In this document: positions 47,409 through 56,636 of the stretch, in pieces
Layout: every line of letters begins with the position of its first letter
How positions within the stretch are numbered: position 1 is the first letter of the stretch
Source of the DNA: an uncultured Gammaproteobacteria bacterium
Lineage (GTDB): Bacteria; Patescibacteriota; Microgenomatia; Daviesbacterales; UBA10151
Direction: 5' to 3'
NCBI GenBank assembly: GCA_964390595.1
Contig: CAYMIA010000002.1
Coordinates: forward strand, 27,686 to 91,685
DNA: 64,000 nt
Translations under genes and position numbers: made by a program
The notes under the pieces: generated by a model
Told to the model about the DNA's origin: nothing
Seen by the model: only the letters and a program-made list of their open reading frames with translations
Databases searched by the model: none

Positions 47409-47744
47409 ATGACTAAACAAACTGTTAAATTTAAATTTGAAGATATCAAGGAAGGATCAGGAGAAGAAGTACATGGGGGAGATTATATTCTAATCCATTA
47501 CAGGGGCACTTTAGAAGATGGGACTACATTTGATAGTAGTTATGACCGTGGTGAGCCATTCCGCACCCGGATTGGAGTGGGACAGGTGATTGATGGTTGG
47601 GATATGGGAGTAATAGGCATGAAAGTTGGTGGTAAAAGAAAGTTGACGATTCCTCCCACCCTGGCTTATGGCGACAAAGAAATGGGCTTAATTCCCCCTA
47701 ACGCCACCTTAATTTTTGAGGTTGAATTAGTCGCTATTGAATAA
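47409..47744 (+). CDS. FKBP-type peptidyl-prolyl cis-trans isomerase
   Basis: GDYILIHYRGTLEDGTTFDSSYDRGEPF...GVGQVIDGWDMGVIGMKVGGKRKLTIPP.LAYG......IPPNATLIFEVELV. Confidence 0.85.
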   Translation: MTKQTVKFKFEDIKEGSGEEVHGGDYILIHYRGTLEDGTTFDSSYDRGEPFRTRIGVGQVIDGWDMGVIGMKVGGKRKLTIPPTLAYGDKEMGLIPPNATLIFEVELVAIE

Positions 47745-47828
47745 ATCTACTTCTTAGACCATTCTTACTCTTCCCTGACCCCATTTTTAATCAAAAAAGC
47801 TAAAGTGTTGCATAAGGAGGTGAGGTAT

Positions 47829-47987
47829 ATGCCAAGAACAAAAAGTTCTAAAAACCAGAAAAGTCGATCTTACGCTCATGATATCAGACGGAAAGAAAAA
47901 AGGACTAAAAAACCCAGAATAGGCGAGAAGATAGAACAGATCAAAGACCAAACTGATGATACCTGGGATAAGTTATGGGATTGGTAA
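47829..47987 (+). CDS. Hypothetical small, highly basic protein (~52 aa)
   Basis: Strong SD AAGGAGGTGA directly upstream. MPRTKSSKNQKSRSYAHDIRRKEKRTKKPR... Confidence 0.35.
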   Translation: MPRTKSSKNQKSRSYAHDIRRKEKRTKKPRIGEKIEQIKDQTDDTWDKLWDW

Positions 47988-48020
47988 GCCAACTGCCCTC
48001 GATTTTGATATAATCATCCG

Positions 48021-48362
48021 ATGATCCCAGAAAGATTAAGGGGCTTAGACCGGAATTTAATTGGTGGAACGCTTCTGACATTAGCTGTGGTTTCCGGAGC
48101 TTTTTGGTTAGCATTTAGTGATAAAGCAGTAGAACCAAGTAATGGTACGCTATCTGTTAAACAGGAGTCGGAAGATTCAGTCCTTTTAACTGGCAGGCAT
48201 TTTACTCTTCAGGAAAAGGAGGTTGAAGCCCTAATCAATCAAATTAATCAAAAGTGTGGGATTGTAATCTACCCTGATTTAACCGATCCAATTCCATATA
48301 GTGATATGAGACTACAAAACCGCCGGTCCTATTGCGCCACTCTTTTAGCGTTCGATCAATAA
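48021..48362 (+). CDS. Hypothetical protein with N-terminal TM helix (113 aa)
   Basis: ORF only. Confidence 0.4.
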   Translation: MIPERLRGLDRNLIGGTLLTLAVVSGAFWLAFSDKAVEPSNGTLSVKQESEDSVLLTGRHFTLQEKEVEALINQINQKCGIVIYPDLTDPIPYSDMRLQNRRSYCATLLAFDQ

Positions 48363-48464
48363 TCTTCATTGCATTTACAACTCGGTCCCAGTATTCTTAA
48401 ATCAGGGGTGATTTTAAATGAATGAGCAAAGCTTTTGTGAGCGAAGCTCTTCATCAACAAGTTT

Positions 48465-48635
48465 ATGAATAAAAAAATGAAAGATTGTTTTACTCCTCAT
48501 GCAGTAATGCATTCGTTCTTTGGGCTCGGACTGGGACTCTTAGTTGCAGCGCTGTTTCCAGGACTCGCATCAATCTTACTTGGCTTAGCCATTATGGTTG
48601 TCGCAGTAGTATTGGATATGATGAGGAAAAGTTAA
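48465..48635 (+). CDS. Possible small hydrophobic membrane peptide (56 aa). It is below the ORF-track length cutoff.
   Basis: ATG-to-TAA ORF encoding MNKKMKDCFTPHAVMHSFFGLGLGLLVAALFPGLASILLGLAIMVVAVVLDMMRKS. Confidence 0.3.
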   Translation: MNKKMKDCFTPHAVMHSFFGLGLGLLVAALFPGLASILLGLAIMVVAVVLDMMRKS

Positions 48636-48665
48636 GTTACCTAAAAAATAAGTTATAATTACTTA

Positions 48666-49157
48666 ATGAAGCAATCTCCAGAAGAGATTGAAATAAATAT
48701 CTCCAAAGTGATCATCGCTTACAAATTTTTCTTAGGATTATTTGAAGTGCTGCTTGGCTTAGGGATTGTTATTTTTGGAAAATATATCCTCGACCTATAT
48801 CAAAATTTTATTTATAGTGAAATTTTGGATGACCCCAGTGACTTACTGGTTAGTATCTTAGATAAAATAGTTCCATACCTCTTTGCCCACCAGGGCTTTA
48901 TTGTCTTTTTTTTGCTACTCATTGGTGTCACCAAGATGGTTGGAGCAGCTGGGCTTTTTTACCGCAAACATTGGGGTTTGGATATCTTGGTGGCAGTCAC
49001 CATTATCCTGTTACCTTTTGAGCTGTTTAACTTGATTGCTCATCCCAGTTTTTCCAAGGTGATTTACTTTTTAGTGAATATGTTTATCGCTTTATATTTA
49101 GTCAACTTTAAACCCCATCATTATTTTATTCACGCTAAAAAAAGATATACCGGGTGA
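48666..49157 (+). CDS. Hypothetical integral membrane protein (4 TM)
   Basis: Four hydrophobic segments, no motif recognised. Confidence 0.5.
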   Translation: MKQSPEEIEINISKVIIAYKFFLGLFEVLLGLGIVIFGKYILDLYQNFIYSEILDDPSDLLVSILDKIVPYLFAHQGFIVFFLLLIGVTKMVGAAGLFYRKHWGLDILVAVTIILLPFELFNLIAHPSFSKVIYFLVNMFIALYLVNFKPHHYFIHAKKRYTG

Positions 49158-50068
49158 AAAATCTTTTATCCTCACTCCTAGTGCTCTTTGTTATCTTATC
49201 CCTTCTGTTCACTATCAATGAATGGTTCCTAAGGAATTTTCCATCCGAAACCCGTCCAATGGATAAACTACCTGGTGACGTTCAAATCTATCAAGTTGGT
49301 TTAAAACTAAATCCCAAGCTCGCCACCTCTCATGCTAATCCTTTGCTTGTCAATTTACCCAAACCCCTAACTGGTCCAACTCCAACTAAGCTCAAAATCC
49401 CCATTTTAATCTATCACTACATCGAATATGTTAAAGATCCCAAAGACAAAATCCGCCTCTCTTTAAATATTCAGCCCTGGTTACTAGAGCAGCAAATTAA
49501 AACTTTAAAACAAAATGGCTTTACTTTTTTAACCCCCTCTGATATTCCTGATATTTTAACGGGCAAAACCAAACTGCCGGCCAGGCCAATTATCCTATCT
49601 TTTGATGATGGCTACAGAGACTTTTATACTGATGCTTTTCCAATTCTCAAAAAATATCAGGCCAGGGCTATTAATTATGTTGTGCCAGGGTTTCTGGATC
49701 TTCCCAACAATTTGACTCACCAGCAACTAGCTGAGCTTAACACTAGCAGTTTAATTGAAATTGGGGCGCATACGGTCTCCCATGCTTACTTAAAAGGATT
49801 AAATAAAAAAAGAGTTGAATTTGAAGTCAGACAGTCGAAGATAGCACTAGAACATGAGTTAAAAAAAGAGATAGTCTCTTTTGCCTATCCATATGGCGCC
49901 TTTGACTTGCAAGCCGTTCAGGTAGTAAAAGAAGCTGGCTTTAAAACTGCAGTCACTACCTTACCTGGAGTAGAGATCCACCCAGATAATCTTTTGTTAA
50001 TTACCCGGATCCGCGCTGGAAACTTAACAGGGGAGGGCTTAATACATTTTTTGGAACATGAAAAATAG
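49154..50068 (+). CDS. Polysaccharide deacetylase (CE4 / NodB-homology domain), secreted
   Basis: Signal peptide, then IPILIYHYI, ILSFDDGYRDFYTDAFPILKKY (DDG motif) and IGAHTVSH. Confidence 0.8.
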   Translation: MKNLLSSLLVLFVILSLLFTINEWFLRNFPSETRPMDKLPGDVQIYQVGLKLNPKLATSHANPLLVNLPKPLTGPTPTKLKIPILIYHYIEYVKDPKDKIRLSLNIQPWLLEQQIKTLKQNGFTFLTPSDIPDILTGKTKLPARPIILSFDDGYRDFYTDAFPILKKYQARAINYVVPGFLDLPNNLTHQQLAELNTSSLIEIGAHTVSHAYLKGLNKKRVEFEVRQSKIALEHELKKEIVSFAYPYGAFDLQAVQVVKEAGFKTAVTTLPGVEIHPDNLLLITRIRAGNLTGEGLIHFLEHEK

Positions 50069-50092
50069 TTGAAATTCATCTAAGATAATATT

Positions 50093-51262
50093 ATGTCTAA
50101 TACTGGAGTTGAACTGCCATTTTTTTCTCTTGAGGATCATTTTAAAAAAAATGACGCCTTCAAGCTTAAAGTGACAGCACCAGGTTTAAATTCAGATAGC
50201 CGAGAAATTAATGACCCTAACCACCCTGAGGCGATGTGGGAGGTCATGAAGGCTGAAGAGGCTATTTTAGCCAAAATTGGTGGTAGCAAACCCGAATGGT
50301 TTGCACTTTTTCCAACTGGTCAGTATGTTGAAAACAAAGCTCAGCAGTCAGCTCATTTTATGATTAGTCCTAAAGATAACAAATTTGACTCTCCAGCTAA
50401 CATGTCGGTTGATCAAATTGTGCCAGCTTGCGAGTTTGCCCTAACATTCCTGGAACAACCAAATACTATAATTGGATACAATATCAATGAGCGGAATCAA
50501 AAAGGTCAAAAACCCGGTCCTCAGTCCTGGAGTAACTGGCATATCCACCATCTGCTCTTAGCTGAAAATCTCAGAGAAACCACCCTTACTACTAAAAATA
50601 GAGCCAGCGAATCAATTACCGCCAGAGACAAATTAAGAGAACCTTTTTATGAAAAAATTGAGCAGGTTTTAGCTTCCGAGATGGGAGAGAGACTTAAATC
50701 TCTGGGAGCTAAAATAGTGGATGCAGATCACTTTAGAGAACAGACTGGTTTTCAAACTAGGGGAGCGCTTAATTTAGAGTTGCCCAGAAACACCTCTGCT
50801 AGGGAATTAGCCAAACTATTTCAAGAAATTGATGGTTTCTACTCTGAGTTACACAGTCAGTTCTTAAATCTTTTTTTCTTAAGTCCAAATCAGTTAGCTT
50901 TAAGACCTCAAGACCAAATTGATCAAATGGCAGATCAGCTAAATTTAGATCCTTTTGTCAAAAAGTTTGCCAGCCGGGTTTTACCTAAAATGGTAACGAG
51001 TCTTGGGGAATCTAAAAATTCAATTTATAAAGGGCCAACCTATTCATTAACCTGCCTTAAACAAGATGACAAGCTATGTATCACTCTCAAACCTCATTTT
51101 TTCAAAAAAGGTGGAGTGCTAGAAACTTTGGGGATCCAAGTAGACAGGGAATATCAAGATGATCCCAAACTGCAAGTTGAGTTAGAACAAATAAAGCAAA
51201 ACGCCAAAGATGCTGTGAATCAAGTTCTAGAAAAAATGCACCAGGTGCCACAAGCTGCTTAG
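50093..51262 (+). CDS. Hypothetical protein (389 aa)
   Basis: ORF. No domain confidently recognised. Confidence 0.5.
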   Translation: MSNTGVELPFFSLEDHFKKNDAFKLKVTAPGLNSDSREINDPNHPEAMWEVMKAEEAILAKIGGSKPEWFALFPTGQYVENKAQQSAHFMISPKDNKFDSPANMSVDQIVPACEFALTFLEQPNTIIGYNINERNQKGQKPGPQSWSNWHIHHLLLAENLRETTLTTKNRASESITARDKLREPFYEKIEQVLASEMGERLKSLGAKIVDADHFREQTGFQTRGALNLELPRNTSARELAKLFQEIDGFYSELHSQFLNLFFLSPNQLALRPQDQIDQMADQLNLDPFVKKFASRVLPKMVTSLGESKNSIYKGPTYSLTCLKQDDKLCITLKPHFFKKGGVLETLGIQVDREYQDDPKLQVELEQIKQNAKDAVNQVLEKMHQVPQAA

Positions 51263-52540
51263 TTACTCAACAAAAGTTAAAGCGGTGCCTGTTTTGCCAG
51301 CGCGGCCGGTTCTACCGATTCTGTGAATGTAATCATCATAAGTTTCTGGCAGATCATAATTGATAACATGAGTCACATTTTCAATGTCTAAACCTCTGGA
51401 GGCGACATCAGTAGCCAGTAAAATTTGAATTTGGTTTCTTTTAAAACTATCTAGCGTTCTTTGTCTGTGACCCTGAGTTTTATTGCCATGAATTGAGCCA
51501 ACTTTAAAGCCTCTAAACTCCAGCTCTCTATTTAACTTTTCAATCCCATGTTTGGTTCTGCCAAAAACTAACACTTTATCAAATCCATCTTGAATCAGCA
51601 GATCATGTAATTGATCAATTTTTTTATTTTTGTCAGCCACCCGGATAACATCTTGATCGACATTTTCAGCTGTATCTTGCATTTTGACTGAAACAGTGAC
51701 GGGATCATTCACAAAATTTTGCAAAACCTCTTTGACCTTAGGCGAAATTGTGGCTGAGAAAAACAAAGATTGTCTGACCTTTGGTAAAAGAGACACAAAA
51801 TATTTCACATCTTGAATAAAACCAATATCCACCATTAAATCAACTTCATCCAAGACAAATAAATCAAAATCTTCTAAATAAAGTAAGTCTCTTTGAATTA
51901 AATCTTTCAATCTACCTGGGGTAGCAATCACAAAATGGGGGTTTCTTTGAACATCATAGATCTGACGTCTCATATTGGATCCACCAATGACCAAGGCGGA
52001 ATATAAATGCATCCCAGCTGAAAAACTGCGTAACTCTTCTTGAATCTGCAAAGCGAGCTCCCGTGTTGGGGCTATAATTAAAGCCTTGTGATCGCGGTTT
52101 TTAAAAATCTTATCAATCAAAGGAATCAAAAAGGCGGCAGTTTTTCCAGTACCTGTATTGGCTAGTCCAATTAAGTCCCGGCCCTGTAAAATTGGATCAA
52201 TCGCTTGATCCTGGATCGGAGTCGGAGTTAAGTACCCATGCCTTAAGATATTTTCCTTTAAGGCATCTGAAATTTCAAAATCAGTAAAGTTTTTCTGGGC
52301 GATGAAGTTTTCACTTCCAACAGTAGCCACAGATTTTTTGATAAATAAATCAATTTCTCCTGTTAGCTTACTTTGGTTGCGGGGCTTTTGAGGGCGGTTA
52401 AAACCTCTAAATTTGTTAAATTGGCCAGTTCTGTCAGCCGCAAAAGACTGACCAGTTCTAACTGGCCTATTAGATGAATATCTCCTGGAAGAATTTCCAG
52501 ATCTAATTGAGGAACGGAAGTTCCTTGATTGATTAAACAT
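51263..52540 (-). CDS. DEAD-box ATP-dependent RNA helicase with Arg-rich N-terminal tail
   Basis: Q-motif region, ANTGTGKTAAF (motif I), PTRELA, DEVDLM (DEAD variant), SAT, HRIGRTGRAG (motif VI). Confidence 0.9.
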   Translation of the reverse strand: MFNQSRNFRSSIRSGNSSRRYSSNRPVRTGQSFAADRTGQFNKFRGFNRPQKPRNQSKLTGEIDLFIKKSVATVGSENFIAQKNFTDFEISDALKENILRHGYLTPTPIQDQAIDPILQGRDLIGLANTGTGKTAAFLIPLIDKIFKNRDHKALIIAPTRELALQIQEELRSFSAGMHLYSALVIGGSNMRRQIYDVQRNPHFVIATPGRLKDLIQRDLLYLEDFDLFVLDEVDLMVDIGFIQDVKYFVSLLPKVRQSLFFSATISPKVKEVLQNFVNDPVTVSVKMQDTAENVDQDVIRVADKNKKIDQLHDLLIQDGFDKVLVFGRTKHGIEKLNRELEFRGFKVGSIHGNKTQGHRQRTLDSFKRNQIQILLATDVASRGLDIENVTHVINYDLPETYDDYIHRIGRTGRAGKTGTALTFVE

Positions 52541-52733
52541 GTAATAAAATTTAACTAATTGAAAAAGAAAACTAAATGAATATTTAGGAGCTAATTACAA
52601 TGATGTAAACCCGCTAACCTTGTAGCAATTCTGCGTAATATATGCAGTAACTTGAAGGGAAGAATCGAAAGAAAAGCTCAAATTCTTAAATCAACAAATA
52701 TAAGTATAGCACAAACAAGATAATATTGCAACC

Positions 52734-52761
52734 TTGACACCGCAATAATGGTTGTGATAAA
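52734..52761 (+). promoter_or_regulatory. Putative sigma70-like promoter: TTGACA, 16 nt, ATAAAT, preceded by TG
   Basis: Consensus -35 hexamer. Sits 10 nt upstream of the 52772 ATG, in a 230-nt divergent intergenic region. Confidence 0.3.
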
Positions 52762-52771
52762 TTAATTTCAG

Positions 52772-53332
52772 ATGGCAAATATCACTGATGATTTAAAAAA
52801 CGCTTTATCTAACGTTGTGTCTGGTGTCGGCGATGTAGTAGATACTACCCGGAATGTGGCTAAAGATGTGGTAGTGAATACTCTTCAATCAGGTGGAGAT
52901 ATTACCGCCTCAAGCCTCGATACAGTTGGAAATGTAGTATCAGAAGGAGTCAAGGTCGCTTCAGCAGCTGGTGTTTCAGCTACTCAAGCTGCAACTGGTT
53001 TGGTAGCCGGAGCAATTGAGGGAGTAAAAGAGGTTGGAGGAGATGTTACGGAAACAGCGGCAGCAGCTTCTCACGGGGTGGTCACCAGTGTCCAATCAGT
53101 TGGTGGTGATGTCGGCGAGGCTGCAGTTTCTGCAGTCGAAGGTGCCATTAAAGCAGCAGAAAAGATCGGCTCTGATGCTGGGGAATTAGCCAAACATGCT
53201 GTAACGGGCTCTCTTAAAGCCGCCGATGAAATAGGTAGCGAGGCAGGAGAGTTAGTCAGAAAAGCCCTACTCAATGCCGCTGCTCTTCCGCATGATGTTA
53301 TTGATGCCCTACTTACTGGCAAAAAAGATTAA
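52772..53332 (+). CDS. Repeat protein built from ~22-residue Gly/Ala/Val-rich amphipathic repeats
   Basis: IGSDAGELAKHAVTGSLKAADE / IGSEAGELVRKALLNAAALPHD and VGGDVTETAAAASHGVVTSVQS / VGGDVGEAAVSAVEGAIKAAEK, with further degenerate copies upstream. Confidence 0.55.
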   Translation: MANITDDLKNALSNVVSGVGDVVDTTRNVAKDVVVNTLQSGGDITASSLDTVGNVVSEGVKVASAAGVSATQAATGLVAGAIEGVKEVGGDVTETAAAASHGVVTSVQSVGGDVGEAAVSAVEGAIKAAEKIGSDAGELAKHAVTGSLKAADEIGSEAGELVRKALLNAAALPHDVIDALLTGKKD

Positions 53333-53373
53333 TCTTCACAGCTTTTTTTCTCTAATTTAGTTATAATAAATTA

Positions 53374-54618
53374 ATGGACTTTGACGTCGAAAATGATCTA
53401 GCAATCTTTGATGAGCTATTAAAAAACCGTCCAGAGATTAAAAAAGAAGCTCTCCAAAAAGACTTAACTACTTACTACCTTCCTTATATAAATAAAATAG
53501 TTGAGCTACTTAAACACAAAAGACAAAACATCTCTGATGGTTTGGTCGTTGGCATCTCCGCTATTCAAGGTGCAGGCAAAACTACCCAAGATGAGATTAT
53601 TGGGGTTCTTATCAAGCACTTTGGATTTAACTCGGTTAGTCTTTCGATCGATGATCACTATATTACTCATCAGGAGCTTTGCATTTTGAGGCAAAAAGAT
53701 CCCAGGTTTATTAGAAGGGGAGTCACCCACGATCTGCCCCTGGCCATTTTAAACCTAAGAGATCTGGCTAAAATGGAACCAAATGAACCCATTATTGTTT
53801 CAGGTTATGACAAAGGTGCCAACCTTGGAGATGGCGAAAGATTTAGGTGGGTTAATTTAGAAGGGGAAGCTACTATCCAGGCCAAAGTGGTCAGTGAAGA
53901 TTTAGTTGTTAACAAAGAAAGTCTTACCACCAAAGCCCTGCAGCTGGTTTCGCTAACAGTTGGATCATCTGACATCCCTTTACCGGAGCGGATGGGTGGG
54001 GACATCCCGCTTGTTGAGCATTTATTACCCAAAGAACTGATCGGATTTCTACAAATTAACCCTCAGGATATAACTATTAGCGAACAAGACCATGAAAGTC
54101 TAATCTTTTCAGCCAACAATCAAAGTATTCAAGTTCCCAAAGAAAATCTACCAAATGGTTGGCAGATCATCTCGAAAAAACCGGATTTTATCTTTTATGA
54201 TGGTTGGATGCTTGGAGCTAGAATGGTTGAAGACGAGTCAGTTTTTGAGGCCAACCTACCAGCTCTAGAGACTCCTGAGGCGCAGCAATTTGCTAAAGAT
54301 GTTAATAAAAAGTTAGAAGACTATGAACTGCTTTGGCAAATGGTTGAATTCATGAACGTTTTATATGTTCCCAACTATCAGATGAGTTTGCAATGGCGGG
54401 ATCAAGCTGAAGATGATCTGCGCGCCAAAGGGGAGGGGATGAGTAGTGAACAGATCAAAGATTTTGTCCATTATTTCTGGCGGTCAGTCCACCCAGCTAT
54501 CCATATCAAAAATTTAAGTCGCGACCCAGTTCACACCAAACAAGTCACAATTATCAATGATGATCATACAATCAAAGAGGTCTTGTCTCCAGAAGAAGTC
54601 GCCTCCAAGTACCCTTAA
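53374..54618 (+). CDS. P-loop kinase, D-glycerate 3-kinase (GLYK)-like / uridine-kinase superfamily
   Basis: VVGISAIQGAGKTT (P-loop as in GLYK GISGPQGSGKST) and SLSIDDHYITHQE (GLYK SIDDFYLTH). Confidence 0.55.
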   Translation: MDFDVENDLAIFDELLKNRPEIKKEALQKDLTTYYLPYINKIVELLKHKRQNISDGLVVGISAIQGAGKTTQDEIIGVLIKHFGFNSVSLSIDDHYITHQELCILRQKDPRFIRRGVTHDLPLAILNLRDLAKMEPNEPIIVSGYDKGANLGDGERFRWVNLEGEATIQAKVVSEDLVVNKESLTTKALQLVSLTVGSSDIPLPERMGGDIPLVEHLLPKELIGFLQINPQDITISEQDHESLIFSANNQSIQVPKENLPNGWQIISKKPDFIFYDGWMLGARMVEDESVFEANLPALETPEAQQFAKDVNKKLEDYELLWQMVEFMNVLYVPNYQMSLQWRDQAEDDLRAKGEGMSSEQIKDFVHYFWRSVHPAIHIKNLSRDPVHTKQVTIINDDHTIKEVLSPEEVASKYP

Positions 54619-54696
54619 AACCATACGGAATAAGTAATTCTAAGTTTTTTCTCAGCTTAGTCTGCTATAAATGGACTCACTAAGGGAGGTGAGTTA

Positions 54697-55167
54697 ATGA
54701 AAATTAGTCGAAAACTATTAATTTCTGGAGCTGTTATTACCGCGGTTGGCCTAACTTCAATGGGCACCACAGCTGTTTTTGCCCAGGCTGGTACCAGACC
54801 CAGCTTAATTGCGCTGCTAGCCCAAAAATTAGGGATCGATCAATCAAAAGTGCAGACGGCTTTTGATCAGATCAAAAGCGAGCGCCAAACCACTATGCAA
54901 CAAAAGTTTCAGGATAGATTAGTTAAAGATGGCAAGCTCACCGAGGTCCAAAAGCAAGCTGTTTTGACTGAATTTGCTTCCTTGAAATCTAAATATGGAG
55001 CTGATGCTTTGAAAAATATGACCCCATCAGAGAGGAAGCAGGCTTTTGCGGATGAGCAAAATGAGCTTAAAAGTTGGGCGCAAAGCCAGGGTATTGATTT
55101 ATCTTTAATAAAACCTGGAATGCAAATGAAGGGTATGGGAATGCACTTTAGAGGATGGATGAGATGA
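54697..55167 (+). CDS. Secreted small protein, possibly LTXXQ-motif (Spy/CpxP-like) periplasmic protein
   Basis: Signal peptide. LTEVQKQ motif. Helical, Met-rich C-terminus. Confidence 0.4.
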   Translation: MKISRKLLISGAVITAVGLTSMGTTAVFAQAGTRPSLIALLAQKLGIDQSKVQTAFDQIKSERQTTMQQKFQDRLVKDGKLTEVQKQAVLTEFASLKSKYGADALKNMTPSERKQAFADEQNELKSWAQSQGIDLSLIKPGMQMKGMGMHFRGWMR

Positions 55168-55198
55168 GGTAGAATAAGAGGGTAAAAGATAGGCAGTC

Positions 55199-55585
55199 AT
55201 GATTGAAGACAAGTTTCCAGAAAAGTTCAAAAGGGCAGCCTATCACCCTTCAGCTTTTGTTTACGGCTTTCGGAAAGCTGAGTTAGAAAAATTATTTGAA
55301 GAGTTAATGACCAGTAATATCGCAATCAAAAGTGGTGAAGTTTGGGTTGTTAATGAAGGTCGAGTTGAGATGGTTGTACCCATGAAAGAGGGTCAACTGG
55401 AAGTTTTTTCCTGGAAAATTGACCAAGAAAAAGATGAACAATGGTATGACTTTGTCGAAAGATCTACTAAACAGTCCCTAGCTAAAATTGGAGAGTGGAA
55501 TCTAGAAAAAACCTCCCGTGTCGACCTAAACAATAAAATCTGGTATCACTTTGAATTTTTAGAACAACCTCATCCCAGTATATAA
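55199..55585 (+). CDS. Hypothetical protein (128 aa)
   Basis: ORF only. Confidence 0.45.
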   Translation: MIEDKFPEKFKRAAYHPSAFVYGFRKAELEKLFEELMTSNIAIKSGEVWVVNEGRVEMVVPMKEGQLEVFSWKIDQEKDEQWYDFVERSTKQSLAKIGEWNLEKTSRVDLNNKIWYHFEFLEQPHPSI

Positions 55586-55592
55586 TTAACCT

Positions 55593-56633
55593 ATGGGAAA
55601 AAATCTAATAATAACTATAGGACTGGTTGCAATTCTAATCTCAATTTTGATTGGCCTATCTTTTAAGCAATCTCAATCCCTCTCAAAAATAACCAATACT
55701 AAATCTCAACCTACAGTAACTCCCAGTCCTTTTCTCTTTCAAGAGCTGACCATTCCCTATTTAAGGAACCAAACTTATCAAAGTCAGTTGGGAGATTTAG
55801 CTCAAGTCAGTAAAAATCAAAACTATACTGAATATCTCACCAGTTACTCCTCAGATGGATTAAAAATCAATGGACTGTTAACCAAACCAATTGGTCAGAT
55901 GCCAGAGGGGGGTTGGCCCGCTATTGTTTTTGTTCATGGCTATATTCCTCCCAATCAATATCAAACTTTGGAACGCTATGTTAATTATGTCGACTACTTA
56001 GCCCGCAACGGCTTTGTGGTTTTTAAAATTGATTTGAGAGGTCACGGATCCTCAGAAGGTCAAGCGGGTGGGGGATACTACTCTTCAGATTATGTAATTG
56101 ATACATTAAATGCTTATGCCGCATTGCAATCAAGTAACTTTGTGAACCCGAAGAAAGTTGGATTTTGGGGACACAGTATGGCAGGAAATATTTTACTGAG
56201 AAGTTTTGCTATCAAACCAGAAATTCCAGCAGTAGTCATTTGGGCTGGAGCAGGCTATACCTATTTAGATCTAAATACTTATGGTATCTCTGACTCAAGC
56301 TTTAGGCCCCAACCTGCTGATTCAGAGCGCCAAAGACAAAGGCAACAACTTAGAGCTCTTTATGGTGATCCAAAAGATGGAAATCCATTCTGGAAGCTAG
56401 TTGCCCCAACAAGTTACCTAAATGATTTAAAAGGCGCGATCCAGCTAGATCAGGCAGTTGATGATCAAACTGTTAGCATTGAGTACAACCGGAATTTAAA
56501 TAAACTTTTAGATGCCACCAATGTGCCTCATGAATTTTTTGAGTACCCTTCTGGTGGTCACAACATCTCTGGAGCCAGTTTTACTGAAGCGATGCAAAAC
56601 ACGGTGAGTTTTTTCAAGAAGTATCTGAAATAG
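55593..56633 (+). CDS. Secreted alpha/beta-hydrolase (dienelactone hydrolase / S9 peptidase-like)
   Basis: Signal anchor. Nucleophile elbow GHSMAG (GxSxG). VFVHGY oxyanion region. C-terminal His. Confidence 0.7.
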   Translation: MGKNLIITIGLVAILISILIGLSFKQSQSLSKITNTKSQPTVTPSPFLFQELTIPYLRNQTYQSQLGDLAQVSKNQNYTEYLTSYSSDGLKINGLLTKPIGQMPEGGWPAIVFVHGYIPPNQYQTLERYVNYVDYLARNGFVVFKIDLRGHGSSEGQAGGGYYSSDYVIDTLNAYAALQSSNFVNPKKVGFWGHSMAGNILLRSFAIKPEIPAVVIWAGAGYTYLDLNTYGISDSSFRPQPADSERQRQRQQLRALYGDPKDGNPFWKLVAPTSYLNDLKGAIQLDQAVDDQTVSIEYNRNLNKLLDATNVPHEFFEYPSGGHNISGASFTEAMQNTVSFFKKYLK

Positions 56634-56636
56634 GTC

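Noticed and set aside
50520-50560. WHIHHLLL in hypothetical 50093-51262 as a HIT or GalT histidine motif.
   Set aside because: The pattern is H-x-H-H, not HxHxH(xx) or HxHxQ, and no other HIT-fold features are evident.
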